Of a stretch of 64,000 bases of DNA, positions 9,140 through 18,710 are shown in pieces. Location of the stretch: the IMG/VR virus record IMGVR_UViG_3300033149_006574, positions 12,652 to 76,651 of that record; one strand, given 5' to 3'. Position 1 is the first letter of the stretch; the number at the start of each line of letters is the position of its first letter. Source of the stretch: a virus. The notes beneath the pieces were generated by a model. The model was given only the letters and a program-made list of their open reading frames with translations. It was not told the origin of the DNA and searched no databases. The translations under genes and the position numbers were made by a program.

Positions 9140-9487
9140 ATGACAAAAACGTGTGAAGAAAGAATCGATGAAGAGTTAGAATCTAGGCTTAAGGATTTTA
9201 AATTAGCATTGGACGGGAAATATGGGGAGGCGCTTGGTGATAAAGATATGGAGATTGAAGATTTTCTTGATTTTATCAATAATTATGCACTTGCCTATGA
9301 CGATGATGCTCATTATCGGGCAAAGAGACTGGAACTGTCCTGGGGCGGACCACAGGATTATTTCTTATTCTTTGAAGATGGGATAATCGAATATCATTTC
9401 TTGCACTGGTTCGATGGAGCAAAAAGAACGCTAGAAGGAGAGAATTATAAAATTATGGCGGAAGTCAGGGACCGCCTTTCGTTTTAA
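9140..9487 (+). CDS. Acidic hypothetical protein (LSWGGP motif)
   Basis: SD AGGAGG before ATG 9140. Confidence 0.7.
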   Translation: MTKTCEERIDEELESRLKDFKLALDGKYGEALGDKDMEIEDFLDFINNYALAYDDDAHYRAKRLELSWGGPQDYFLFFEDGIIEYHFLHWFDGAKRTLEGENYKIMAEVRDRLSF

Positions 9488-9493
9488 ATTATG

Positions 9494-9634
9494 GCTGGTT
9501 GTGGCAAAGACCAAATGTATGTGCCAATTAGAACGAATGGCAGATGCGATGCCAATAATCCTGCTGGCGAAAGCGCCGAGTAGGTGAGGATGTAGCAATT
9601 CGTTTAGTGGGTGAAAATCCTGCCGGCCAGCCCA
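9494..9634 (+). ncRNA. tRNA-like structured RNA 2 (~140 nt) with encoded CCA
   Basis: CTGGTTG/CGGCCAG acceptor, T-like arm GTGGG-TGAAAAT-CCTGC, discriminator C then CCA; D-like hairpin; anticodon arm replaced by a branched domain. Confidence 0.7.
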
Positions 9635-9663
9635 CAAAATTTTAAAAAAAGGAGGTTAAAGGG

Positions 9664-10203
9664 ATGAATAATTATCTGAAAATTAATATGAAATCTAAGA
9701 TTTTGCCGGAATATGCGGAAAAACTTGAGGATGAATTATTAAAGTTCTTCACTGAGAAGGATATAATAGTTGATATATTTGATAGTGTAACCGGTAATAA
9801 TACACAAAATTACAACAAAGCCAGAAATAAAAGAGCGCAATTTACAACGGGGTATATTGAAAAATGGCTTGGAACAAGATTTACAAGCTCCTATTATTCA
9901 ACGAAACAGTGGGAATCTTTCCTCAAAGATTTTAAACATGCCATAAAAAATTCCCTTCCCGAAGGTTCCCGCCTGGTTAACTGGTTAAAAGGACATTTTG
10001 AGGTATCTGGTTTCATTGTCCGGAATAATAAATATGTCTATTTTTCAATATCAGATGTAAGATACTGGCAAGATGAATGGTATCATAAAATTTTAATCCG
10101 CACTGCAAGCGGACCAGAAGATTATATGGGTGGTTCAAATAATTATACCGACCTTCCGCATTTTAAAGGGAATGTGGAAAAATTATTAGAGAGGGGTGAA
10201 TAA
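9664..10203 (+). CDS. Hypothetical protein (GHFEVSGF...SDVR...LIRTA...DYMGGSN motif)
   Basis: SD AGGAGG; motif pattern seen in mobile-element hypothetical proteins. Confidence 0.7.
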   Translation: MNNYLKINMKSKILPEYAEKLEDELLKFFTEKDIIVDIFDSVTGNNTQNYNKARNKRAQFTTGYIEKWLGTRFTSSYYSTKQWESFLKDFKHAIKNSLPEGSRLVNWLKGHFEVSGFIVRNNKYVYFSISDVRYWQDEWYHKILIRTASGPEDYMGGSNNYTDLPHFKGNVEKLLERGE

Positions 10204-10206
10204 AAA

Positions 10207-10374
10207 ATGAGAGAATGTAATTACATTATAGGTTTTGAAAACGATGGGAGAGCCATTTATGGTAATGATGGGTTTAATTGGATATGTTCATTTACTCTTG
10301 CTCAGGCAAAACAAAAAATAAAAGAGATTCCCCGTAAAGATGTGAAAATTTATAAACTTGTAGAGGTAAAATAA
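10207..10374 (+). CDS. 55-aa protein, paralog of 34264..34443
   Basis: MRECNYIIGF...TLAQAKQK...KIYKLVEVK. Confidence 0.7.
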   Translation: MRECNYIIGFENDGRAIYGNDGFNWICSFTLAQAKQKIKEIPRKDVKIYKLVEVK

Positions 10375-10526
10375 TTTAGATTTGATGACAATAAAGGGAG
10401 GAATAATGAAGAGAATGACAAAGATATGGTTTAAAATTATAAATGTCCTTATTTATATTTTAGTTTTTGCGGGAGTACTTTTAATATTTTTACTAGCATT
10501 TTGAACTCTGAGGAGGATTTAAAAAA

Positions 10527-10853
10527 ATGACCAAACAAGAAGCAATTGACAGGAGCATCGCCCACTGGGAAAGAATGATAAGATGGGTAGAAAAACAACC
10601 GAAAAAAGAAGAAGTAGATATTTATTCGATGGTAGATGAAATTGATGAAGGCACAGGATCAATGGACTGCCCGCTTTGTAAAAAATATCAATGTAAATGT
10701 GATAAATGTCCGCTTGGGAAAGAATTTGGTTATTGCATTGACCAAGAATCAGTTAATGCTTATTATGAAACATATCTCTCAGAAACTTGGGATGAATGGC
10801 TTAGAAATGCAAGAATTTTATTAAAGCAATTAAAATCGTTACGGGAGGAATAA
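10527..10853 (+). CDS. Cys-rich hypothetical protein (CPLC...CDKCPL)
   Basis: SD GAGGAGG; ORF track. Confidence 0.7.
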   Translation: MTKQEAIDRSIAHWERMIRWVEKQPKKEEVDIYSMVDEIDEGTGSMDCPLCKKYQCKCDKCPLGKEFGYCIDQESVNAYYETYLSETWDEWLRNARILLKQLKSLREE

Positions 10854-11014
10854 AAAATGTTTACCCTGACAAAAGAACAATGTTTATCAAGATTTAGAGT
10901 TATTTGGCAGAATTATTCGCAAGAAGAACAGAAAAAAATATTGATTGAAGATTTAATTGAGCTAGCTTATAAATCAGGATACCATGACGGATGGTATGAC
11001 GCCTCTAAAAATAA

Positions 11015-11272
11015 ATGAAAGCATATTTAACCTCAATAACAAATGGAACAATTTTAATAGGGAACACGCTTTATTGTCTGCCCCTTCGCACTCAATGTCC
11101 AGGAAAAAGAGAAGGGCTAAGAAGATATCCCTGGGTAGCGGTAAAGGAGAACAGTTGGGCATCCGCCTGGAAGGCAAAAGAAAAATTGATAGAAAAATAT
11201 AAGTGCATATTGGGAAGAAAATTTAAATTATCAGATTTATGGAAGGAGGTGAAGGAAAATGAAGGTCATTAA
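11015..11272 (+). CDS. Hypothetical protein
   Basis: ATGA-coupled to an upstream small ORF (10857..11018). Confidence 0.55.
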   Translation: MKAYLTSITNGTILIGNTLYCLPLRTQCPGKREGLRRYPWVAVKENSWASAWKAKEKLIEKYKCILGRKFKLSDLWKEVKENEGH

Positions 11273-11501
11273 GTTTTGCGCCATTGGTTCTAATTGGTCT
11301 TTAGGCCAACAACTAGGACTTGGTCGGCAAGAGAGATGTTGGGCAGTGGAAATTGAATCCCCCTCACCGGGAGCATTAGAAATAACGGAAAAGAAGCCTG
11401 GGGTCTATGGGCTTATCAGAAAATATTATCGGCGTTTTGATTCTTATCAAGATGCTGAAAAGTTCTGCAAGGAGGAGAATAAAAAAGATGAACAAAAATG
11501 A
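11259..11501 (+). CDS. Hypothetical protein
   Basis: SD AGGAGGTG. Confidence 0.65.
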   Translation: MKVIKFCAIGSNWSLGQQLGLGRQERCWAVEIESPSPGALEITEKKPGVYGLIRKYYRRFDSYQDAEKFCKEENKKDEQK

Positions 11502-11907
11502 GGACTTAGTTAGAGAATTTCAAGAAATGGCGGAAGGAATAAAGCACCAGAATAGAGACATAGAACACGCCATTAAATATGGCATTGCACTCTGCATTGA
11601 TAAGGTGCAAAATAAAAATGGAAAGGGGGTGAATAAGATGAACGAAGGAATCAGGTATATCCCGGGAACAGAAGAGGGACATCACTATCTGGTAGTCTTC
11701 GACAATGGTTCTTATACCATAGGGATAAGAGCATTGGGAGGCCCGGATTACAGAGTAAGAATTATTGCGAATGAGGATGGCGAAGGGAATGTTGCAGACC
11801 TCTCCTGCATCGGCGATTTCACTCTTAAGGGGGATCATATTTCAGCTGTGTGTAGTGATGTAGTTCGAGGGATTGAAACTGCAGCGGAGATCATTGGTGC
11901 AAAATAA
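11488..11907 (+). CDS. Hypothetical protein; in-frame internal SD/ATG at 11638 suggests two fused cistrons
   Basis: SD AGGAGG before 11488; GGGGGTG before 11638. Confidence 0.6.
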   Translation: MNKNEDLVREFQEMAEGIKHQNRDIEHAIKYGIALCIDKVQNKNGKGVNKMNEGIRYIPGTEEGHHYLVVFDNGSYTIGIRALGGPDYRVRIIANEDGEGNVADLSCIGDFTLKGDHISAVCSDVVRGIETAAEIIGAK

Positions 11908-11942
11908 ACATCAGAGATGATAACAATCAGATGGGAAAAAAT

Positions 11943-11983
11943 CCGGAGGCAGTGGGATTTAAAAAAGTCCTCTCTGCCTCCGG
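11943..11983. terminator. Strong hairpin adjoining the SD of the 11999 gene; terminator-like on the minus strand
   Basis: CCGGAGGCAG/CTGCCTCCGG stem preceded by an A-tract. Confidence 0.55.
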
Positions 11984-11998
11984 TGGAGGTTTTAGAAA

Positions 11999-13360
11999 AT
12001 GGAAACAGGTCGAAAATTAGTAAAAATAGCGAATTTGATCCTCACATATGAGGAATTTCGAATACCTAAGAAAATAGTTGCAGAAAATTTCATTATAAAG
12101 AAAAAGGACTTTGGGTGCATTGTTTACAAATTAAATGGTAGAAAACCTTTTATCGATATAATCATAAGTAGGACTAAGATACCGGAAGGATTTAAAGCAA
12201 TAATAAAAGGTTATTTGAATTCAAAAAGTTCTGCTTATAAGGAATTTCTCGTAAAGCAATATCTTTTCGGTCTTAAAAAGAACAGTCCTCTTTTTAATCC
12301 AACAGCAGAAGTTCTTCTAAGTAAGCCCTTTTCAGAAATACTAGAAAAAGAATTTATTTTTTATGTAGTACAAAGAAAGCCGTGCCTTCTTGCCAAAAAG
12401 CCCCTTCTGAGGATTAAAAATTCAGCTCGTCCTGCCTGGATATTTTATCCCTCATCAAGAATATATATTAAATGGCCACCAATTAGCATTCAGAAATTGG
12501 CAAGAATGAAATATTTCCCATCGATAAAAATAGCAGGTTCAATGGTAGCAGTTCCTATAGGAATGGGAATAAAACTTTTAAAAGATAAAAGTATTCATAT
12601 TGAGGAGAAGAAAGGAGAATTTTATCTTGTACCCGAAGATATTTTTAAAAGAATGGAAAATAATGATTCCTTTAAGACAATTTTAAATTTGCTTAAAGAA
12701 TCTAGAACGGTAGACTTAACTTTCCTATGTGCAAAATACTATTTACTCGATTATATTTTAACGATAGCAGATAGATTTGACATTGATACATTTGAAGAAA
12801 GGGCTGAATTTGGGGAACTACAGAATTTTTTATTAGACCTTTTTATAGAATATATAGCATTTGCTTGTTATAGTGAATTAAAGCACAGCAGAAAAAAAAT
12901 AGCAGAATCCTGGAGGATAAAACAAATACTAAATAAAAAAGAGTTAAAATTATTTAATTGTATACCGATAGATGATGTGCCATCTCAGCGTTCTTTTAGG
13001 CTTATTAAATTATTAATAAATTTCCCTGTTGATAATAAAATACCCGATATTTTGAAAATGGCTAAGAAATTGTTCTCTTTGCGCTGGGAGAGAGGTTATG
13101 GTGGAGAAAAATGGAAAATAATTGCAGATATAGGTTTAAAATATGTTAATGAGGACATTAATAAATCTGTTTTTATAGATACCGTATGGAACATTCAGCA
13201 TAATAACGGAACATTTTTCGATAAGGGAAGGGAATTTTTATACTATGGTCATGTACGTGATATATTAGATGCGAAAAATGAGGGTGAATGGGAAATATTA
13301 TTATCGAAATGTCCGCAACTTGCAAAAAAATTATGGGAGGTAAAAAGATATGACAGATAA
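11999..13360 (+). CDS. Uncharacterised protein with conserved-looking C-terminal domain (ELKH...GYGGEKW...QHNNGTFFDK)
   Basis: 453-aa ORF with SD; overlaps the phosphatase gene. Confidence 0.75.
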   Translation: METGRKLVKIANLILTYEEFRIPKKIVAENFIIKKKDFGCIVYKLNGRKPFIDIIISRTKIPEGFKAIIKGYLNSKSSAYKEFLVKQYLFGLKKNSPLFNPTAEVLLSKPFSEILEKEFIFYVVQRKPCLLAKKPLLRIKNSARPAWIFYPSSRIYIKWPPISIQKLARMKYFPSIKIAGSMVAVPIGMGIKLLKDKSIHIEEKKGEFYLVPEDIFKRMENNDSFKTILNLLKESRTVDLTFLCAKYYLLDYILTIADRFDIDTFEERAEFGELQNFLLDLFIEYIAFACYSELKHSRKKIAESWRIKQILNKKELKLFNCIPIDDVPSQRSFRLIKLLINFPVDNKIPDILKMAKKLFSLRWERGYGGEKWKIIADIGLKYVNEDINKSVFIDTVWNIQHNNGTFFDKGREFLYYGHVRDILDAKNEGEWEILLSKCPQLAKKLWEVKRYDR

Positions 13361-14144
13361 ACAGAATGAAAAGAAGACAGAAAAAACAGAAAAAATATCA
13401 AACAGCAATTTTTATACCGGAGGCTTTTATAATATTGGAAGGTTCTGTGACCATAAGCCATTATTAGATGGTTTATTGTTTTGTGGCAGTAAAGCAGAAG
13501 CTGAGGAATATTATCGGAAAAATCAGGATGTTAAATTATGGGTTTCATTAAATGAAAATCCTCAGAAAAATTTACCTTTTGATTCTGAAAATAAATTATT
13601 TGCACAAAGAGCTAGAATAATTTACTATCCTATAGAGGATAGAGGGGTTCCTGTTTATGAAGGATTCTCTTCCTTAATAGATTTGATTTTGGAATATTTA
13701 AATAATAAGAAAAAAGTAATAATAAATTGTTTTGGAGGTCATGGGAGGACAGGGCTTGTCTTGTGCTGTGTAATGGGCAAACTTAAGCCCGAAATATCAG
13801 ATATTATAAAATATTGTAGAGACATTTATTGTAAACAAATTATTGAATCACTTAAACAGGCAGAATTTGTGTTCAAATTCTTAAACAAGAAGTTACCACA
13901 AAAATATGTTGAGGAATTTGATATATCCTGGCCACCAAAAACAAAGCAGACCTTTTTTCTTACCGAAAAAGATAAAAAGCAAAAAGAGGATACTATTTCC
14001 GAAAATGAGCAAGATGATGAGTATTTCCCTTATTTGAATTGTGGAATCTGTGGGCGCAGGGGAAATCTTAAGTATGAGCCTAGTCTCCAGATGTATCTAT
14101 GTAGAAAATGTAGAAGGAGATATTATGCTACAGGGAAAATATAA
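13350..14144 (+). CDS. Protein-tyrosine/dual-specificity (CX5R) phosphatase with C-terminal Zn ribbon
   Basis: YPIEDRGVP acid loop, NCFGGHGRTG P-loop, IESLKQ; CGICG...CRKC. Confidence 0.85.
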   Translation: MTDKQNEKKTEKTEKISNSNFYTGGFYNIGRFCDHKPLLDGLLFCGSKAEAEEYYRKNQDVKLWVSLNENPQKNLPFDSENKLFAQRARIIYYPIEDRGVPVYEGFSSLIDLILEYLNNKKKVIINCFGGHGRTGLVLCCVMGKLKPEISDIIKYCRDIYCKQIIESLKQAEFVFKFLNKKLPQKYVEEFDISWPPKTKQTFFLTEKDKKQKEDTISENEQDDEYFPYLNCGICGRRGNLKYEPSLQMYLCRKCRRRYYATGKI

Positions 14145-14166
14145 AAAGGAAAGGCGGTGAAAAGGA

Positions 14167-14400
14167 ATGGATGGTGATGTTAAATCGATTGAAAAAACTT
14201 GCATCAGAGAATTTTATTCCGTTGAGATTGAAAACGGAAATGATAATGCTGAAATAGTAGTGGAATGTTGGGCAGTTGCTGAGGATAATTGGCTCCCGGA
14301 ATGGGAGATTGACTATCTGGATTGCCCGGAAGATTTAAAACAAAAAATAGATAAAGATAAAGTAATAGACCTGGTAAAAGACTGGCGTGGGGAGAAATAA
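14167..14400 (+). CDS. Small highly acidic protein
   Basis: About 22 of 77 residues are D/E. Confidence 0.7.
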   Translation: MDGDVKSIEKTCIREFYSVEIENGNDNAEIVVECWAVAEDNWLPEWEIDYLDCPEDLKQKIDKDKVIDLVKDWRGEK

Positions 14401-14587
14401 GAATGAATAGAGCGTGGTGTGATAAATGTATTAACATGACAGGTGGTCTACGAAGGGTGCAATTTCGTAGATTAGGCAAATCAAATGGCTCTTATTTTTA
14501 CAAAACGGTACAGCGTATTTGCAAACGTTGCAGAAAAAAATATTTTGGATCTTGGAGGTATGCAAGAGAAGATGAAAGGAGGCAAAA

Positions 14588-15181
14588 ATGAGCACAAGAG
14601 GATGTGTAGCAATCAAAAAAGGGGAAGGCTTTTGTGGAGTTTACAATCATTTCGACTCATATCCTACCGGATTAGGATATGAACTTTGGCAAAAGTTGCA
14701 GGAGTTGAAAAAGAATGGGACATTGAATCAATTTCCACAAAATCTACTAGCATTTGATGACTGGAAAAATTATTTAAATGGTGGAATATGCCCATATTGT
14801 GGGAAAAAGGGATTTGGACAAGCCCATTCCATTGATGGTAAATTATTTGGGGATTTAGATAAAGAAATTCTGAATAATGTAAAAAGAACGGGTTTTCCTG
14901 ATCCTGATTCAAAGTATCATTCTCATGGAGAATTAACAGATAAAATAACATCAGAGAATTGCGATCCATTATTTATAGAATGGGTATATGTAGTGGAAGT
15001 TAAAAAACATCGAATGGACATCTTATGCTCTACTAGGGATACAGGTTGGCATGAAGAGGATCTGGGAAATGGCCAAACATTTAGAACACCTAATTATAAG
15101 CATGTATTGGTCACTACAATAGATTTGAATGGAAAGGAACCTAATTGGAAAAAGATAGAAGAAATGAGAGCAAAACTATAA
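14588..15181 (+). CDS. Conserved phage hypothetical protein (MSTRG...YNHFDSYP..LG family)
   Basis: Recognisable N-terminal motif; SD AGGAGG. Confidence 0.75.
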   Translation: MSTRGCVAIKKGEGFCGVYNHFDSYPTGLGYELWQKLQELKKNGTLNQFPQNLLAFDDWKNYLNGGICPYCGKKGFGQAHSIDGKLFGDLDKEILNNVKRTGFPDPDSKYHSHGELTDKITSENCDPLFIEWVYVVEVKKHRMDILCSTRDTGWHEEDLGNGQTFRTPNYKHVLVTTIDLNGKEPNWKKIEEMRAKL

Positions 15182-15212
15182 AAACATTTTTCTTAAAAAA
15201 AGGGAGGGCAAA

Positions 15213-15755
15213 ATGCACATATTGATTAGAGCAATTGTCTACGGGAAAGATAAAGAGGAAGGACTTGAACAGGCGAGAAGTATATTTGAGGGATTGTGTG
15301 AATATCAGCACCCATTTGATTATTATTCAATGTTCGACGAAGAAAATTTTGGTAAATGGGCAAAAGGCCGATGGGGAAATTTACCAGCGATTACTTTAGC
15401 CAAAAGTAAAAAAGGGAAGGAATTAATCCGGGAAGGAATGAATTTAACTAAAAAATTTTTTATGCAGTATATTAAAAAAGTAAGAAAAATATTAGATGAA
15501 TGCAAAAACGATGAGGAGCTATTTGAACAGAGATATGTAAATATAGATAAAGATATCAGATGGAATTGTTATCCATTAGGAGAAAACCGGGGGCCATTTA
15601 CATATCTTTATGATAATGATGGGGAAGGAATAAAAACTCCATCCCATTTGAGAGATGTATTGAATAAATGGAAAAGCATATATGAGGGAAAAGGAAAAAG
15701 CAATCCATATAAGGACAAAAAGATATGGGTTGTTCCGGCTGACATGCATTTTTAG
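15213..15755 (+). CDS. Hypothetical protein (FDYY...WVVPADMHF)
   Basis: SD GGGAGG; ORF track. Confidence 0.75.
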   Translation: MHILIRAIVYGKDKEEGLEQARSIFEGLCEYQHPFDYYSMFDEENFGKWAKGRWGNLPAITLAKSKKGKELIREGMNLTKKFFMQYIKKVRKILDECKNDEELFEQRYVNIDKDIRWNCYPLGENRGPFTYLYDNDGEGIKTPSHLRDVLNKWKSIYEGKGKSNPYKDKKIWVVPADMHF

Positions 15756-15764
15756 AGGGGAGGG

Positions 15765-17170
15765 ATGGAGCAGGCGCTATGTGATGAATCATGCGGAGCA
15801 GGGCTGACGCACATAAACCGATGCAAAACATGCCTCCCCGATTATAAAAAAGGAGGAACCGTGGAAAAGAAAAACGAATATCGGGAGCTAATGGTAAAAT
15901 TCTTAGGAGATTTATTTAAGATATTTAATAGTCAATCTCCTAAGAATGAAGAAGAATCAAAAAAAGCAATTATGGAATATCTCCGTTCTCTTGAAGTAAT
16001 GCTTCTATTAGCCTTACCTCATTCAGATATGATAAGAATGCTAATAGAGGATCTGCGAATAATAATTGAAAGCAGGGAAAAAGATAAGAAAAAAATTAAT
16101 TAAATAAGGAGCTTATAGGAAGATGAATAAATGGATAATGATGGGAGAAGTAAAATGGTTTTTAATGTGGAATGAAATTTTATCTAGTAATCCGCATCTA
16201 ATAAACCAAAAAGAAAGATTAGAGAAAATGCTGTTACAGATTAAAAATATTAGAAAGGAAATGGTATTCATTATATCCTCTCTCCCAAAAGAAAATGGAT
16301 ATAAGATATTATTATCAATAATTATGAGCATTTGTGTAGCATTTATTTCAATTTTACCCCCAAGCACAGAAAGAACTAACCTAATAACTGGGATAATCAA
16401 ACTCTTGGACAAAATAGATAGACCGGAAGATGGAGAAGATGAATGACTAAAGCTGCAGTAATAAAAATGGCTCTAGAATGTTTTGTAAGAAGAGCTAATT
16501 TGCATAATTCTATAAGATTTAAATGCAAATTTTCAAATTTAGAAGTAGCATTTACAAAAGATGTCCCTGAAGATATAAAGAGGGATGTTTATAGTTTATT
16601 CAACGAAATTGTTCTTTCGATTGGTGAAGAAGATAAATATGGGAAAATTAAATTAATTGAATCTCCCATGTCTGTAGTATCAAGAGATAAAAGCCTATGG
16701 GATAAGTAAAAAAGGAGGAAAAAAATGATATATACTGCGAAATGTCCAAATTGTGGAAAAATTATTGAGGTTTGTCAATCGGATTATCTAGGTTATCCGG
16801 TATTTGACGAAAACTCACGCATTGATACATTTTCCTGCCCTAAATGTGGAACGAGATTGATTACAGAAGTTAATATTAAATTAAAGGAGGTGGGGAAAGA
16901 ATGTTGATATTTGGTGTTTATTCTAATGGCGAAGAGTTTGGAATATCAGATGGGAAGAACATATTTTGGTTGTTTGAAGGCCAAAATTTTCTGGATGAGG
17001 ATGTAGATCTGAATCAGGGAAAATCTTTTTTAACACCATTTGTTGTGTCAACGCACGGCAAAGATAAAGTAAGAGTTAAAGATGGCAAGAAGATAATTGC
17101 AGAATATAATGTAGCCCCAGATGTTGTTAATTCGTTGATTAAAATGAAAAAGAAGTTGACGGGCATTTAA
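15765..17170 (+). CDS. Run of five small coupled hypothetical genes (15765/15861..16103, 16123..16446, 16443..16709, 16725..16907 Zn-ribbon, 16901..17170)
   Basis: ORF track; SDs and start-stop overlaps. Confidence 0.6.
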
Positions 17171-17175
17171 AAGAA

Positions 17176-17646
17176 ATGAATCAGGGTTGCTCTTGTGAAA
17201 AATGTGTAGCTGCTTGCTGGCATACCCCAGGTTGGTTTGGCTCGATTGAAGAAATTGAAGGGGCTGCTAGACTGATGGGAATGCCGGTAAAAGATTTTGT
17301 TAAAGAATTTCTTATCCAGGAATATTGGGTAGGGGAAGAAGAAGATATTATTGTTCCTTCTCCACGCAGAAATTTTGATAGATATAAAGGACCAAAAGAA
17401 ACAGATTATTCAGAGATTTTTAAAGAAGAAAATGGCAAAGGCTTTGTTCTAGCTAGTTGGGGACATAATCTCATAAGAGGATATGCTTGCATTTTTTTAG
17501 ATGAGAATAATAGGTGTTTAATCCATCAGAGTAAGCCCAGAGAATGCAGAGAATGTTTTGTATGTAAGGGCCAATTTATTGATAGAAGCGATTTATTACC
17601 ATATTGGAAAGAACATCAGGATTGGATAGGGGAAATGGAGAGATGA
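17176..17646 (+). CDS. YkgJ/CxxCxxCC-type Zn- or Fe-S-binding protein
   Basis: CEKCVAAC...CIFLDENNRCLIHQSKPREC. Confidence 0.75.
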   Translation: MNQGCSCEKCVAACWHTPGWFGSIEEIEGAARLMGMPVKDFVKEFLIQEYWVGEEEDIIVPSPRRNFDRYKGPKETDYSEIFKEENGKGFVLASWGHNLIRGYACIFLDENNRCLIHQSKPRECRECFVCKGQFIDRSDLLPYWKEHQDWIGEMER

Positions 17647-18446
17647 CAATAACGAAAGATAAGATAAAAGAATTTTTAACTATGGCCAAATTATCTGGTC
17701 ATTCAAATAATACGATAGCAGGATATGAGGGAGATTTAAATCAATTTTTCAATTATTCACGGGACTTAACTAAATCAAAAATAAATTCATGGATCGTAGA
17801 TTTATACAATAAAAAAAGAAAATCAGCAACAATTCAGAGGAAAGTATATGCACTAAAATCATTTGCTAAATTTTTGGGAAAAGAAAAAGAAATACCATCA
17901 ATCAAATTCCAAACCAAGAAGCTATTACCGAAATATTTAAAACAGAAAGAAATTGAGATAGTATTGAGTAAAATTAAAAGCTTAAGGGACAAAGCAATAT
18001 TTAATATTCTTCTATGCACTGGATTAAGAATCAGTGAATTAATTTCTATAAATAGGGACGATATTTCTGATAACAAAATTAAAATAAAAGGCAAGGGGAA
18101 TAAAGAGAGGATAGTTATTTTATCCAAGCAAGCCCTTAATATTTTAAAAAAGTATTTGGAAACTAGAAATGATGAGAATCCTGCATTATTTTTAGGTAAT
18201 AAAAAGCAGAGGATAACCAGAGGTGGTTGTTATTTCTTAATAAAACATTGGTTACAATATTGCAATATTAATGGGAGCCCACATTGGTTAAGGCATACTT
18301 TTGCAACAAAACTTATTAAATCTGGCATGAGTATTTATGCATTATCAAAATTATTAGGGCATTCATCTCCAACAATAACTCAGCGTTATGCTCATTTAGA
18401 AACCGCAGATTTGGAACAGGAATATGCAAAATACTGGAGGGATTGA
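17643..18446 (+). CDS. XerC/XerD-like tyrosine recombinase
   Basis: SAM-like N-terminus (SNNTIAGYEGDL), TGLRISEL, KGKGNKER, HWLRHTFAT, LLGHSS, TQRY. Confidence 0.92.
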   Translation: MTITKDKIKEFLTMAKLSGHSNNTIAGYEGDLNQFFNYSRDLTKSKINSWIVDLYNKKRKSATIQRKVYALKSFAKFLGKEKEIPSIKFQTKKLLPKYLKQKEIEIVLSKIKSLRDKAIFNILLCTGLRISELISINRDDISDNKIKIKGKGNKERIVILSKQALNILKKYLETRNDENPALFLGNKKQRITRGGCYFLIKHWLQYCNINGSPHWLRHTFATKLIKSGMSIYALSKLLGHSSPTITQRYAHLETADLEQEYAKYWRD

Positions 18447-18710
18447 TGAAAATTGAAGATTTGATAAGCAAAGGAAAAATACCATTCCCTATTTGGCTTA
18501 AGCATACAGGATTTCTTAATTATTCATATGATGAAAACGGGGATATTATAGATATTTGTTTTGACCATTTGCCCTATCTTGGCAAGAAAGCTAAATTTTG
18601 GTCTTCTATTTATTTATATAATGACTATTGGATTATAGATACAAGAGATGGTTCAGCAAGACTTATTGATTTTGATAAATGGTTCGAAGATAGATATGGA
18701 AGATAGGTAG

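Noticed and set aside
6704-9634. Calling the two tRNA-like RNAs canonical tRNAs or tmRNA
   Set aside because: No 7-nt anticodon loop; too short for tmRNA and no tag ORF or GGGG 5' end; no bulge-helix-bulge or group I intron core seen.
17643-18710. attP site beside the tyrosine recombinase
   Set aside because: Flanks are tightly coding with no visible core or arm repeats; the enzyme looks Xer-like, so integration cannot be asserted.
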